Shown here piece after piece: positions 1 through 9,303 of a DNA stretch of 64,000 nucleotides (positions are counted from its first letter, which is position 1; each line of letters opens with the position of its first letter). The notes under the pieces were generated by a model, which worked only from the letters and a program-made list of their open reading frames with translations, was not told the origin of the DNA and did no database searches. Location of the stretch: assembly GCA_031365545.1 (NCBI GenBank), contig JANLYH010000132.1:4571-68570 (forward strand), read 5' to 3'. Source of the DNA: Pyrinomonadaceae bacterium. GTDB taxonomy: Bacteria; Acidobacteriota; Blastocatellia; Pyrinomonadales; Pyrinomonadaceae. The translations under genes were made by a program, and so were the position numbers.

Positions 1-786
1 GGTCGTACGTTGCAGCTCTTCGATCTGCTTGTCAGTAAGGCCAAATCTCAAGGCCGCTTCGCGCTGGGACCGCAACTGTTCTTCGAGCATCAGCGTTTGG
101 TCCCAGCTGACATTCAGGTCGTGCCGCCGCCAGGCTGATAAAATGCGGGGATCAAATGCGAATTCGCCGGCGGCACTAAGGCGCAGATAAAGATCGTAGT
201 CTTCCAGTTTCGACTTTTCATTCCATCGTTGTTTTGTAAGCGCACTGCGCCGATACACAACGGTTGGACTCATCGGCGCCGTGGTTTGTAGCAACATCTC
301 GCGCGCGTCGCCGTCCGCATAGAGTGCCCAGTCGGCCGTGGAGTCGATAATGCGGTTCTCGTCATCGACAAAATAGGCGTGACCGTAGGCGAGCACCGCG
401 GCAGGACGAGCTTCCAGTAAACCCAGCCGCGCCTTCAGGAAATCGGGAAGCCACAAATCGTCGGATCCGAGATAAGCGAAGTAGTCCCCGCGAGTCCGCT
501 CAAATCCTTCATTCAAGGTGGCGCAAAGCCCACGGTTGTTTCGCGCTAGCAGTTCGCAGGGAAACGGACAGTCAGCCAGTGCGCGTTCGATGAGACGCGG
601 CGATTCGTCGCTTGAACCATCGTCGATAACAAGCAACTCAGCCGGACGCAGCGACTGCTGCATTATCGACCGCAACGTGGCTTCGATGAATCGCGCGTGG
701 TTGTAAGAAGGCACTACTACGGAGACGGCCGGCGTGCCACCACGAATTGTTTGCGCAGTCTCTTCCTGCGACTCAGTTGCTATCAT
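1..786 (-). CDS. Family 2 (GT-A) glycosyltransferase; 3' end cut by the window edge
   Basis: Not in the ORF track because there is no stop in the window. My reverse-strand translation from the ATG at 786-784 gives MIATESQEETAQTIRGGTPAVSVVVPSYNHARFIEATLRSIMQQSLRPAELLVIDDGSSDESP...RGDYFAYLGSDDLW. The VVVPSYN, DDGSSD and SDD (DxD-like) motifs are GT2 hallmarks. The frame stays open down to base 1. Confidence 0.8.
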   Translation of the reverse strand, partial: MIATESQEETAQTIRGGTPAVSVVVPSYNHARFIEATLRSIMQQSLRPAELLVIDDGSSDESPRLIERALADCPFPCELLARNNRGLCATLNEGFERTRGDYFAYLGSDDLWLPDFLKARLGLLEARPAAVLAYGHAYFVDDENRIIDSTADWALYADGDAREMLLQTTAPMSPTVVYRRSALTKQRWNEKSKLEDYDLYLRLSAAGEFAFDPRILSAWRRHDLNVSWDQTLMLEEQLRSQREAALRFGLTDKQIEELQRTT

Positions 787-822
787 TTTTTGGTTACTTT
801 ACAGTCTTTGCCGTCAATCCGC

Positions 823-1899
823 ATGAGCAAGAGAATTATACTCTTTGGACCACTACCGCCGCCTTATGGTGGCGTCGCAATTTACATGCAGGCGCTGGTC
901 AGGCATTTTCGTGACTCGAATGTTCGGGTCTGGGCTTATGCCGGTCCGAAGACGCATGATGCAAAGGTCCGTTTTATCGCCCATCGGAGACTAGGAACGT
1001 TTTGGGCGCTGCTTGCCCAGGGACGCAACGCACGGATCCTAGACGCATCACATTTTCATCTTGAGTATCCCAATATACTGTTACTCCCCGGATGGCTGAT
1101 GCTCAAGTGGTTCCTGCGCTTTGAATGGTACAAAAATATTCTCGATGGTTCGCTGCCGAAGCGTTACCCAAACTTTGGGGCGCTCAGACGCTGGCTATTT
1201 CATCATGCGGTAAACGCGGTCGACGAGTTTGTGGTTGTCAGCGAAGACCTGCGACGCTGGCTCAAGGAAGAAATCAAGGTGCGCCAGCCTGTAACAGTCA
1301 TACCCTGTCTGGTGCCTCCTCGGTCGACTGCCGTTACCACCTCGTTATCAGCTGAGACTCAGGAGCAGCTCGAATTTTACCTTGCGCAACCCCAGCGAGT
1401 TTGCTCGCTCGGAGTTTTTTACCCCAGTTACGGTTTTCAGGATGTAGCTCGAGCGGTTGAAGAACTGCGCGAGCGAACCGGCAAAGACATCGGCCTGCTG
1501 CTCCTCGATGGCGGGTTTGTGCTGGATGAAACCTATCGGGAAGAAGTGCTGTGGGACCGTGACTGGATTACCGTGTTGGAGAAAGTGCCTAACCCGGAGA
1601 TTTATGAAATCCTGAAACGCAGCGATGCGTTTGTGCGCGCGTTTGCCGACGAGAGTTACGGCATCTCGCGTATCGAAGCGATTTGGTGTGGCGTGCCAGT
1701 GATTGCCACGCGGGCGGGCGAAACGCGTGGCATGTTGCTCTACGATTTCGGCGACGTGGAACAATTGGTCAATCAATTGCAGGCTGTCTTGTTGTACCCG
1801 GTGTTGGAGGACGCGAACCCGTGGGCAGATCGATATCGGCACGAGGCCGAAGAAAACTTGCGGTCCGTCGCTAAGGTGCTTGGTGTCGAACAGAGGTAG
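823..1899 (+). CDS. GT-B fold glycosyltransferase (GT1/GT4-like)
   Basis: The ORF 697..1899 is trimmed to the internal ATG at 823 (MSKRIILFGPLPPPYGGVAIY). The C-terminal ESYGISRIEAIWCGVPVIATRAGE resembles the E-x7-E sugar-donor motif. It is divergent from the GT2 gene. Confidence 0.7.
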   Translation: MSKRIILFGPLPPPYGGVAIYMQALVRHFRDSNVRVWAYAGPKTHDAKVRFIAHRRLGTFWALLAQGRNARILDASHFHLEYPNILLLPGWLMLKWFLRFEWYKNILDGSLPKRYPNFGALRRWLFHHAVNAVDEFVVVSEDLRRWLKEEIKVRQPVTVIPCLVPPRSTAVTTSLSAETQEQLEFYLAQPQRVCSLGVFYPSYGFQDVARAVEELRERTGKDIGLLLLDGGFVLDETYREEVLWDRDWITVLEKVPNPEIYEILKRSDAFVRAFADESYGISRIEAIWCGVPVIATRAGETRGMLLYDFGDVEQLVNQLQAVLLYPVLEDANPWADRYRHEAEENLRSVAKVLGVEQR

Positions 1900-1921
1900 G
1901 TAAAGCGGAAACTGGTTGCCG

Positions 1922-3322
1922 TTAACTGGTCGCTCTCCCTTTCAGTCGACGACCGATTGTGTAAATGCCGACGGCAGCAAGGACAAAAAGAAAATAGTGA
2001 ATGACCAGCACGTAACGATATTCAGTGTGCAAAGCTGACTGGGTGCAGAAATAGTAAACGGGCACCGCCAGCAAGATCGCAATAGTGTGAAACTGACGCC
2101 GGTAGATCAAAAGGCCCGCGCCGATCAAGGTCAACGGTAGAGACAAAGCGGTGATAAAAAGCCTTTGCACGGTTCGTAGTGGCCACTGAAGCAGCGCCCA
2201 GCCGCCGGAATCCGCAGCTGTCAGCCGCAGCGGTGTGCGCTCGAGCCGCAGCATCCCGAGAGCCCGGCGAACCATGACCCCGGCGAACCAGAATGGATGC
2301 GCGCGGATAACGGCAAAGCCCCGAGCCAGACGAGCACGGTCGCGCACGAATCCATCTGGCGTAAAGAGTGAATCAGCATATTCAGGACGGTGATAAGTCT
2401 CCGCTTCACCGCGAATCAGTTCCATATCAGTTTGCGGCAAGCCAAGCGACCCATCGGTGTTGTAATCTGCAATGCCTTCGATGAGCGTTTGCCCGGCTCC
2501 CAGCGAGACGGGAATAAACTGGCCGAAGACTCTGGCATTGCGAATTGTTAGCAAGCCAATTATCAGCAAGGCCCCGCAGAGCAAGATGAGAGCGGGGCGA
2601 AATCGCGCGCCGCGCGGGCAGATAACCAGAAACAACCAGCACAGGAATGGCGCCAGCAAGAGGGCATTGGCTCGTAGCCAGCATGAAAGGCCGACCAGTC
2701 CTCCCGCTGCCAGGATGGCTGTCAGGCGAACTCTGCGGGAACGATCACGCTGCCTGAGTATTCCCGTGATTAGTAACATAGTCAGCAGAATGGGAAGTGC
2801 TGCCAGCGAATCCGGCAAGAGGGTGAATGCGTTCCAACTAAACTGGGGAGCGAAGGCGCACAGCAGTCCGGTGATAACCCCAACCGCGACTGGGAAAAGG
2901 TTGAAAGCGATCAGAACAATGATCACCACCGAGAACGAATCAAGGATAATTTGCAGGAGTTGCGTGACAGCGTCGTGCTCGCCGCCGACGCGATAGAGGA
3001 ATGAAAGCCAAATCGGGTAACCGGGCGGGTGTCCTAGCAGGTCCGGATTGTTAGTTGCAGATGACGCTTCGTAAAGCGAGGCGACACCGTTCGCCTGTAT
3101 CAGCCGGGCCTGGTGTTTATAGTTAAGAGCGACACTGGTTTGCACGGCCAAAGCTTCATTGTGGTGGCCGTGCCAATTTAGCAGTCTAACTCCGAGCGCG
3201 CACAAAAAGATCAGCGCAACGATAAGGAGTCGCCGCCGCCGCGTGAGAGAATTGCCAGCGGGCTGGTGCGTGAGACCAGGATGAGCCAGCTTTTCGCCGG
3301 TGCTTTGCTCAGTGAGTTTCAT
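1922..3322 (-). CDS. Polytopic membrane glycosyltransferase, GT39/ArnT-PMT-like
   Basis: Many hydrophobic helices, and an LGHPPGYPIWLSFLYRV loop typical of the Dol-P/undecaprenyl-P-sugar-dependent GT-C family. I moved the start to ATG 3322 (MKLTEQ...). The longest ORF (to 3349) would overlap the divergent gene. Confidence 0.6.
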   Translation of the reverse strand: MKLTEQSTGEKLAHPGLTHQPAGNSLTRRRRLLIVALIFLCALGVRLLNWHGHHNEALAVQTSVALNYKHQARLIQANGVASLYEASSATNNPDLLGHPPGYPIWLSFLYRVGGEHDAVTQLLQIILDSFSVVIIVLIAFNLFPVAVGVITGLLCAFAPQFSWNAFTLLPDSLAALPILLTMLLITGILRQRDRSRRVRLTAILAAGGLVGLSCWLRANALLLAPFLCWLFLVICPRGARFRPALILLCGALLIIGLLTIRNARVFGQFIPVSLGAGQTLIEGIADYNTDGSLGLPQTDMELIRGEAETYHRPEYADSLFTPDGFVRDRARLARGFAVIRAHPFWFAGVMVRRALGMLRLERTPLRLTAADSGGWALLQWPLRTVQRLFITALSLPLTLIGAGLLIYRRQFHTIAILLAVPVYYFCTQSALHTEYRYVLVIHYFLFVLAAVGIYTIGRRLKGRATS

Positions 3323-3350
3323 TTGCCAGCGGATTATACAGAAAGCCAAC

Positions 3351-4553
3351 GTGATTCAAGGACATTCAATCATCTGTTTCGCCGGAGAGGATTGGTGGTA
3401 TCACCATCCGCACTCGAAGTTCCATTTGATGCGCCGCTTCGCGCAGGCCGGCAACCGGGTGATCTTTGTAAACTCAATTTCGATGGGTTTGCCGAGTCTC
3501 ACCAACAAAGATTTGCTCCCGCGCATTGCCCGAAAGCTGCGCTCTTATGCGCGCTTGGCCCGGCCCACGCCGGAAGGAGTTACGGTAGTTTCACCCGCGG
3601 TTATTCCTTTCTTTGGCACTCGCGCTGCGCGCGCCGTGAATCGAAAACTACTCGCCGTGCAAATCGGACGACTGGCGCGACGCGGTGGTCTCACGCGACC
3701 AATTCTCTGGATCGCGATTCCCACGGCAGCCGACATGATTGGTGAGTTTGATGAACGTTTGGTGATCTATCAGGTGTCAGACAAGTATGATGCGAACCTG
3801 ATGGACCACGCGACCGACCTGGCGACGATCAGAAAACTTCACGAACGGGCAATCGACAATGCCGACCTCGTGTTGTATTCCGGACAGAAACTGCTGGCCG
3901 AAGCAGAACGTGGTCGCGATCGGTCTTTTCTGTTGGAGCAAGCGGTCGATTTTGATCACTGGTCGAGAGTTGGCTCCGGTAAGCTCGAAATTGCGGAGGC
4001 GGTAGCGCGTATTCCCCGACCTCGGCTGGGATATTTTGGAGCAATCGAGCCGTGGTTGGTCGATCAGGAACTGATCAAGCGTGCTGCCCGCGAGCATCCC
4101 GACTGGCAATGGATCTTCATCGGCAACAAATCGCGCGGTGTCGATATCGAGGCTTTGCCGAACACCCACTTTCTGCCCCCAGTGCCGTATCAGGATCTCC
4201 CTCACTACGCCGCCGGTTTTGATGTCTGCGTGCTGCCGTGGGACACTGCGCATTCGTTTACGAGTTACGGTTCGGCAATCAAGGTGAGGGAATATTTGGC
4301 AACCGGAAAGCCGGTGGTGATTTCGCCGTTACCGGAATACGAATCGATGGGTCAGGTTTTGCGCATTGCGCGCAGCCACGACGATTGGTTTCGCTTGGTT
4401 CAAGAGGCACTCGCGGAGAAAGATCCGGCGGCAGTGCGCGCGCGACAGGCGGCGGTCGCTGGCGGTACATGGGACGCCCGCGCTGAATGGGTTTCCGGAT
4501 TGATTGAGGATACTCTTAAGGCAAAGACAGCGGGGGCAAGCCCGCCTTCCTGA
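3351..4553 (+). CDS. GT-B fold glycosyltransferase (GT1-like)
   Basis: N-terminus IICFAGEDWWYHHPHS..RVIFVN and C-terminus AIKVREYLATGKPVVISPLPE. The start is uncertain: GTG 3300 (ORF track) or GTG 3351. I chose 3351 to avoid overlap with the divergent gene. Confidence 0.6.
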   Translation: MIQGHSIICFAGEDWWYHHPHSKFHLMRRFAQAGNRVIFVNSISMGLPSLTNKDLLPRIARKLRSYARLARPTPEGVTVVSPAVIPFFGTRAARAVNRKLLAVQIGRLARRGGLTRPILWIAIPTAADMIGEFDERLVIYQVSDKYDANLMDHATDLATIRKLHERAIDNADLVLYSGQKLLAEAERGRDRSFLLEQAVDFDHWSRVGSGKLEIAEAVARIPRPRLGYFGAIEPWLVDQELIKRAAREHPDWQWIFIGNKSRGVDIEALPNTHFLPPVPYQDLPHYAAGFDVCVLPWDTAHSFTSYGSAIKVREYLATGKPVVISPLPEYESMGQVLRIARSHDDWFRLVQEALAEKDPAAVRARQAAVAGGTWDARAEWVSGLIEDTLKAKTAGASPPS

Positions 4554-4665
4554 CCTGTGAGATTCTCTCAGTTGATCTTGTGTTCTTAGCTTGAGAGGCT
4601 TTCGACCTCAGATCAGCCACTCAGATTTATCAAGCTCAGGGTTGGGAAGGCGGGCTGGCCCCCGC
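4530..4665. repeat. 21-bp inverted repeat (20/21) with a 94-nt spacer
   Basis: gcgggggcaagcccgccttcc (4530-4550, the last codons of the GT gene) pairs with ggaaggcgggctggcccccgc (4645-4665). Each arm is itself a small GC hairpin (gcggg..cccgc). Confidence 0.8.
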
Positions 4666-4681
4666 TCTTTCGCTGAATTCA

Positions 4682-6835
4682 ATGAAGCAGTTATTGCAAA
4701 ATTTGAGAACAGGCGAAGCCGTCGTGGCGGAAGTTCCGGTCCCAACGGTGCAAGCTGGTCGCGTCCTGGTGCGCACTGCCGCTTCTTTGATCAGCGCCGG
4801 CACTGAGCGGGCGCTGACTGAGTTGGGCCAGAAAAGTTTGTTAGGCAAAGCACGAGAGCGGCCCGAGCTAATCGGAAAAGTTTGGGAGAAGGTAAAGACT
4901 GCGGGCATAGCACAGGCGCTTGAAGATGTTCGCGACAAGCTTGATCAGTCACACGCAGTTGGCTATAGCGCGGCCGGAGTGGTTATCGAGTGCGGGAAAG
5001 ACGTCACTGACTTCCGTCCCGGCGATCGCGTCGCTTGTGCCGGAACTGATTACGCTTCGCACGCAGAAGTAATTTCCGTGCCGCGAAATTTGTGCGTGCG
5101 TTTGCCGGAGCAATTAGATTTCGAAGCGGGCGCGTTTGGCACGGTCGGCGCGATCGCTTTGCAAGGCGTGCGTCTCGCTGAACCAACGCTCGGGGATTCA
5201 GTTGTAGTTATCGGGCTTGGTCTGGTGGGCCAACTCACTGTGCAACTTCTAATAGCGAATGGCTGTCGGGTGTTTGGCGTTGATATCGACGAGGCGCGTA
5301 TTAAACAAGCGCTGGCTTGCGGAGCCGAGGCTGCCTGCGTTCCTGAAGCAGCCGGAACGCTCGTGTCGGCCTGGTCCCGAGGTCGCGGCGCCGATGCCTG
5401 CATCATCGCCGCGGCGACAGCGTCGGACGAACCAATCGAATTGGCGGGCGAGCTTTCACGCTTGAAAGGCCGCGTGGTAGCCGTGGGCCTGGTGGGCATG
5501 AATGTGCCGCGCAATATTTATTACCAGCGCGAGTTGACGCTAAAAGTCTCACTGTCGTACGGACCAGGCCGTCACGATCCTGCATACGAAGAACACGGAC
5601 ACGATTATCCGGCTGCTTATGTGCGCTGGACGGAAGGACGCAACATCGAAGCCTTCCTTGATCTGCTGGCGGCTGGGCGGATTGACGTTGAGCCACTCGT
5701 CACCCATCGCTTCCCAATTCAGGACGCGCCGCGCGCGTATCAGCTCATCTCCGGAAGCCCGGCTGAAAAATATCTCGCGGTGTTATTGACCTACGACACG
5801 CAAACTGAAGTTCGTCGTAACATCGAGAACAAAACCGCAGCGATGAAGTCAGCCGGGCGCGTTGGCATTGGGCTGATTGGCGCCGGTGGTTACGCGCAAA
5901 AAGTTTTGTTACCAAATTTCAAAGGTGCTGGCGCTGAGTTTTGCTCCATCGCTTCCGCCTCCGGTGTTTCGGCGCGCGACGCCGGCACGAAATTCGGTTT
6001 TGCGAGGTTCCTGTCAGACGCACAAAGCGTAATCGACGATGACGAAGCAAATCTCATTGTTATCGCCACGCGGCACGGGTCGCATGCGGAACTGACAAAG
6101 CTGGCGCTCGCAAAAGGAAAGCATGTCTTCGTTGAAAAGCCACTCGCGCTGACTGATACAGAACTGGATAGCGTGCTCGCTGCCGCGGCAAGCTCAGAAG
6201 GGCAATTGCTGGTTGGCTTCAATCGACGCTTTTCACCTTTGGCTGTTAGGGCAAAGGAAGTTTTTCAGAATCGCCGTTCGCCGCTTTCGATCCTGTATCG
6301 CGTTAACGCCGGCCGCATTCCGCGCGAACATTGGACGCAGGACCCGCAGGAAGGTGGCGGCAGGATCATCGGCGAAGTCTGTCACTTCATCGACTTGATG
6401 CAGTATCTCACTGGTGCTGCGCCGGTGAGCGTCTATGCCGCGGCAGTCGTGGGGGGCAGCGATGCAGTTAGTGAAGATTCGGTGTTCATCACTTTGCAGT
6501 TTGGCGACGGATCAAACGGAGTGATTGCTTACCTGGCCGAAGGCGACCACAGTCTGCCAAAAGAGCAGGTTGAAATCTTCGCTGAAGGAAAGACTTTCGT
6601 CATTGAGGATTTTCGCAGCGCCAGACTCTACGCTGCTGGCCGCGAGAAAAAAGAAACCCTGCGGCAACAGGACAAAGGACAAGCCGAGGAAACGCGAGTA
6701 GCCTGCGCCATTGTGACAGAGGGCAAGCCCGCTCCGATTACGCTTCAGGAACTCGAAGCCACAACTCGCGCAACTTTTCGCGTTCGAGATTCGCTACGTA
6801 CGGGAAGAACGATCAAAGTTATGAGTGATGAGTAA
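4682..6835 (+). CDS. Bi-domain oxidoreductase: N-terminal MDR/Zn-ADH-like domain fused to a C-terminal Gfo/Idh/MocA NAD(P)-binding domain
   Basis: The N-terminal half has the GxGxxG motif VVVIGLGLVGQL and ADH-like architecture. The C-terminal half has GIGLIGAGGYAQKVLLPN and EKPLALT, which are Gfo/Idh/MocA hallmarks. Confidence 0.8.
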   Translation: MKQLLQNLRTGEAVVAEVPVPTVQAGRVLVRTAASLISAGTERALTELGQKSLLGKARERPELIGKVWEKVKTAGIAQALEDVRDKLDQSHAVGYSAAGVVIECGKDVTDFRPGDRVACAGTDYASHAEVISVPRNLCVRLPEQLDFEAGAFGTVGAIALQGVRLAEPTLGDSVVVIGLGLVGQLTVQLLIANGCRVFGVDIDEARIKQALACGAEAACVPEAAGTLVSAWSRGRGADACIIAAATASDEPIELAGELSRLKGRVVAVGLVGMNVPRNIYYQRELTLKVSLSYGPGRHDPAYEEHGHDYPAAYVRWTEGRNIEAFLDLLAAGRIDVEPLVTHRFPIQDAPRAYQLISGSPAEKYLAVLLTYDTQTEVRRNIENKTAAMKSAGRVGIGLIGAGGYAQKVLLPNFKGAGAEFCSIASASGVSARDAGTKFGFARFLSDAQSVIDDDEANLIVIATRHGSHAELTKLALAKGKHVFVEKPLALTDTELDSVLAAAASSEGQLLVGFNRRFSPLAVRAKEVFQNRRSPLSILYRVNAGRIPREHWTQDPQEGGGRIIGEVCHFIDLMQYLTGAAPVSVYAAAVVGGSDAVSEDSVFITLQFGDGSNGVIAYLAEGDHSLPKEQVEIFAEGKTFVIEDFRSARLYAAGREKKETLRQQDKGQAEETRVACAIVTEGKPAPITLQELEATTRATFRVRDSLRTGRTIKVMSDE

Positions 6836-6875
6836 TGAGTACGGCGCTGCCAAAGACTTCAACTGTACTCATCAC
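6821..6875. repeat. Heptamer array (AGTRATG x3) across the stop codon, plus an inverted partner
   Basis: atgagtg atgagta atgagta (6821-6841) contains the TAA stop at 6833-6835. The partner gtactcatcac (6865-6875) is followed by ctttt. Confidence 0.75.
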
Positions 6876-6885
6876 CTTTTAGACC

Positions 6886-8826
6886 ATGTGTGGAATTGCC
6901 GGATTAATCAGCCTTGATGCGGAGCGATACATCGGCGCGATGTTGCAATCAATCGAGCATCGCGGTCGCGACGATCAGGGCGTTTGGACTTCCACCTCGA
7001 TCGACGAGCCGGGACGGCGCGTATCTCTCGGTCACCGTCGCCTGGCAATTATCGACACCAGCAAAGCGGGTCACCAGCCGATGTTGTCCGCTGATGGTCG
7101 GTACGTCCTCACGTTTGGCGGTGAGATCTACAATTATCGTGAACTGCGCGCGGAGTTGCAGAGCAAAGGCCACGCCTTTCAAACCAATACCGATACGGAA
7201 GTCCTGCTAACGGCGTTCTCGGAGTGGGGCAAGGAATGTTTGCCGCGCCTCAACGGCATGTTTCATTTCGCCGTTTGGGACAACCGCGAACGCACCCTGA
7301 CGCTCGCGAGGGATCACGTCGGCATCAAGCCGCTATATTATTTTGCCGAACCCGCCGCCGCAGCTAAACCGGGTTCGTTGATTTTCGCGTCGGAAGTGAA
7401 AGCGATACTCGCGACTGGCCTCGTCGATCCCGCGCTCGATCCGGAAGCACTAAACCAGTTTCTAACCTTCCTTTGGGCACCCGATCCGAATACGTTGTTT
7501 CAGGGAATCAAGACACTGCCGCCCGCCCACGTGCTTACGTTTAAAGATAACGAAGCGAAGATGGACCAGTGGTGGGATGTGTCTTTCGACGACGTCGAGG
7601 AAGGACGCAGCGAGGCGTGGTGGCAGGAGCAGGTCCTTGAAACGCTCGATCGCGTCGTCAATCTTGAAATGGTTGCTGACGTTCCATTGGGATCGTTTTT
7701 GTCCGGCGGGATCGACTCCTCTGGAATCGTCGCCATGATGAAGCGACATAGCGGAGGGCGGCGAGTTTCTACTTACACCGTTGGCATTGAAGCTGAGGAC
7801 TTGCGTTACGACATCATTCCTGACGACGTCACCTGGTCCCGACGCGTGAACCAACACCTGGATACTGACTACCACGAGATCATGCTGCAACCGGCTGTCG
7901 CCGAGTTGTTGCCTAAGCTCGTCTACCACATGGACGAACCGGCGATTGACATGGCCATCCCGAGTTATCTAGTGTCGCAGGCCGCCCGCGAAACGCTGCG
8001 GGTAATGTTATCTGGCATGGGCGGCGATGAAGTTTTTGCCGGTTATCCTCGACAACTTGCGATGAAGATTGCCGGTGCGCTTGATCCGGTACCGGGAATG
8101 TTGCGGCGCCCGCTGATGAAGACGATCGAGCGCACGCTGCCGGGAGGATTGCCGGGGCGTTTGACTGGGCCATTGCGAAACGCCAAAAAGTTTGCGCGCA
8201 GTGCGGCGCTCGACTTTGAGGAAAGATATCTGGGCTACGGCACATACTTCACTGACGACGCCAAACAGCGACTCTATTCCGACGACATGCTTTCAGCCAC
8301 CAGTGGCATGGATGCTTACGCGACACATCGTGCTTACTTTGCCCGGGTCAAAAACGTCGCGCCATTAAACCGTTTGCTCTACGTCGATCTAAAAACCTTT
8401 TTGCCTTGTTTGAATCTGATAACTACCGACAAGACTTCAATGGCGGCAAATCTTGAGGTGCGCGTACCTTTTTTGAACCGTCAGATGATCGAATTCACCG
8501 CGCGCATGCCCGCAGATCTCAAACTGCGCGGCTTCAAACGAAAATATATTCTCAAACGCGCGCTCGAAAAGGTTTTGCCGAAGGAAGTGGTGTGGCGTAA
8601 GAAGGCTGGCTTCGGCGCGCCCATTCGCTCTTGGCTGCGCGGGGCACTGCGGCCGTTGGTTGACGATCTGCTTGGGGAAGAGACAATCAGGAGACGAGGG
8701 TTGTTTCGTCCCACGGAGGTCAGACGAATCATTGACCTGAACCTCTCCGGACGTGAAGACTTTAACCTGCAGGTTTTTCAGTTACTCAATCTTGAGCTCT
8801 GGCAGCGACAGTTCATCGACAAATGA
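6886..8826 (+). CDS. asnB: Asparagine synthase (glutamine-hydrolysing) family amidotransferase
   Basis: MCGIAG N-terminal nucleophile Cys, and the SGGIDSS PP-loop (FLSGGIDSSGIVAMM). 646 aa. It lies inside a glycan locus, so it may amidate a sugar acid rather than make Asn. Confidence 0.88.
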   Translation: MCGIAGLISLDAERYIGAMLQSIEHRGRDDQGVWTSTSIDEPGRRVSLGHRRLAIIDTSKAGHQPMLSADGRYVLTFGGEIYNYRELRAELQSKGHAFQTNTDTEVLLTAFSEWGKECLPRLNGMFHFAVWDNRERTLTLARDHVGIKPLYYFAEPAAAAKPGSLIFASEVKAILATGLVDPALDPEALNQFLTFLWAPDPNTLFQGIKTLPPAHVLTFKDNEAKMDQWWDVSFDDVEEGRSEAWWQEQVLETLDRVVNLEMVADVPLGSFLSGGIDSSGIVAMMKRHSGGRRVSTYTVGIEAEDLRYDIIPDDVTWSRRVNQHLDTDYHEIMLQPAVAELLPKLVYHMDEPAIDMAIPSYLVSQAARETLRVMLSGMGGDEVFAGYPRQLAMKIAGALDPVPGMLRRPLMKTIERTLPGGLPGRLTGPLRNAKKFARSAALDFEERYLGYGTYFTDDAKQRLYSDDMLSATSGMDAYATHRAYFARVKNVAPLNRLLYVDLKTFLPCLNLITTDKTSMAANLEVRVPFLNRQMIEFTARMPADLKLRGFKRKYILKRALEKVLPKEVVWRKKAGFGAPIRSWLRGALRPLVDDLLGEETIRRRGLFRPTEVRRIIDLNLSGREDFNLQVFQLLNLELWQRQFIDK

Positions 8827-9230
8827 TAGCGAGCCCGTTGAGTTTGAATAGCATGAGTAACTCGCAAATCTGTGTGTTGCTGGCGGAAGATGACCGGGCG
8901 TTGCGGCGTTTCCTTGAAGTGCTGCTCGAACGCGCCGGTTACAAAGTGATCACCGCTGCCGATGGACTCGAAGCGATGAAAATAGCAGTAACTACGAAGG
9001 TCGATGTCGTCGTCACCGATGCGGTGATGCCGAATCTGAACGGCCATGAGTTTTGCCGGTTCCTAAGAAACAGTCCCACGCTCGCGCACCTCCCGGTAAT
9101 TTTGCTGAGCGCGCTGGATCGCAACGAGACATATCAAAACTCCAGCCACGCAAATGCTTTCCTCGCTAAGCCGGTATCGGGTGAGAGTCTGATTAAGTGT
9201 ATCGAGGGATTGCTGAAAAAAAGTGGCTAG
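8823..9230 (+). CDS. Single-domain response regulator (CheY-like receiver)
   Basis: ICVLLAEDD...VVVTDAVMPNLNG...ILLSA...KP receiver motifs. The ATG overlaps the asnB stop (ATGA at 8823-8826). An alternative ATG is at 8856. Confidence 0.8.
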   Translation: MIASPLSLNSMSNSQICVLLAEDDRALRRFLEVLLERAGYKVITAADGLEAMKIAVTTKVDVVVTDAVMPNLNGHEFCRFLRNSPTLAHLPVILLSALDRNETYQNSSHANAFLAKPVSGESLIKCIEGLLKKSG

Positions 9231-9254
9231 TCGTTACCAGAGGGCAAAGAGCAA

Positions 9255-9289
9255 AGGCGACCTTCCGACGAAGGCCGCCTCTTTTTCTT
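9255..9289. terminator. Bidirectional intrinsic-terminator-like hairpin between convergent genes
   Basis: aggcgaccttc (9255-9265), loop cgac, then gaaggccgcct (9270-9280): 10/11 bp. It is followed by ctttttctt on the + strand and preceded by an A-rich run, which is T-rich on the - strand. Confidence 0.6.
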
Positions 9290-9303
9290 AACTGAGAAAA
9301 CGT

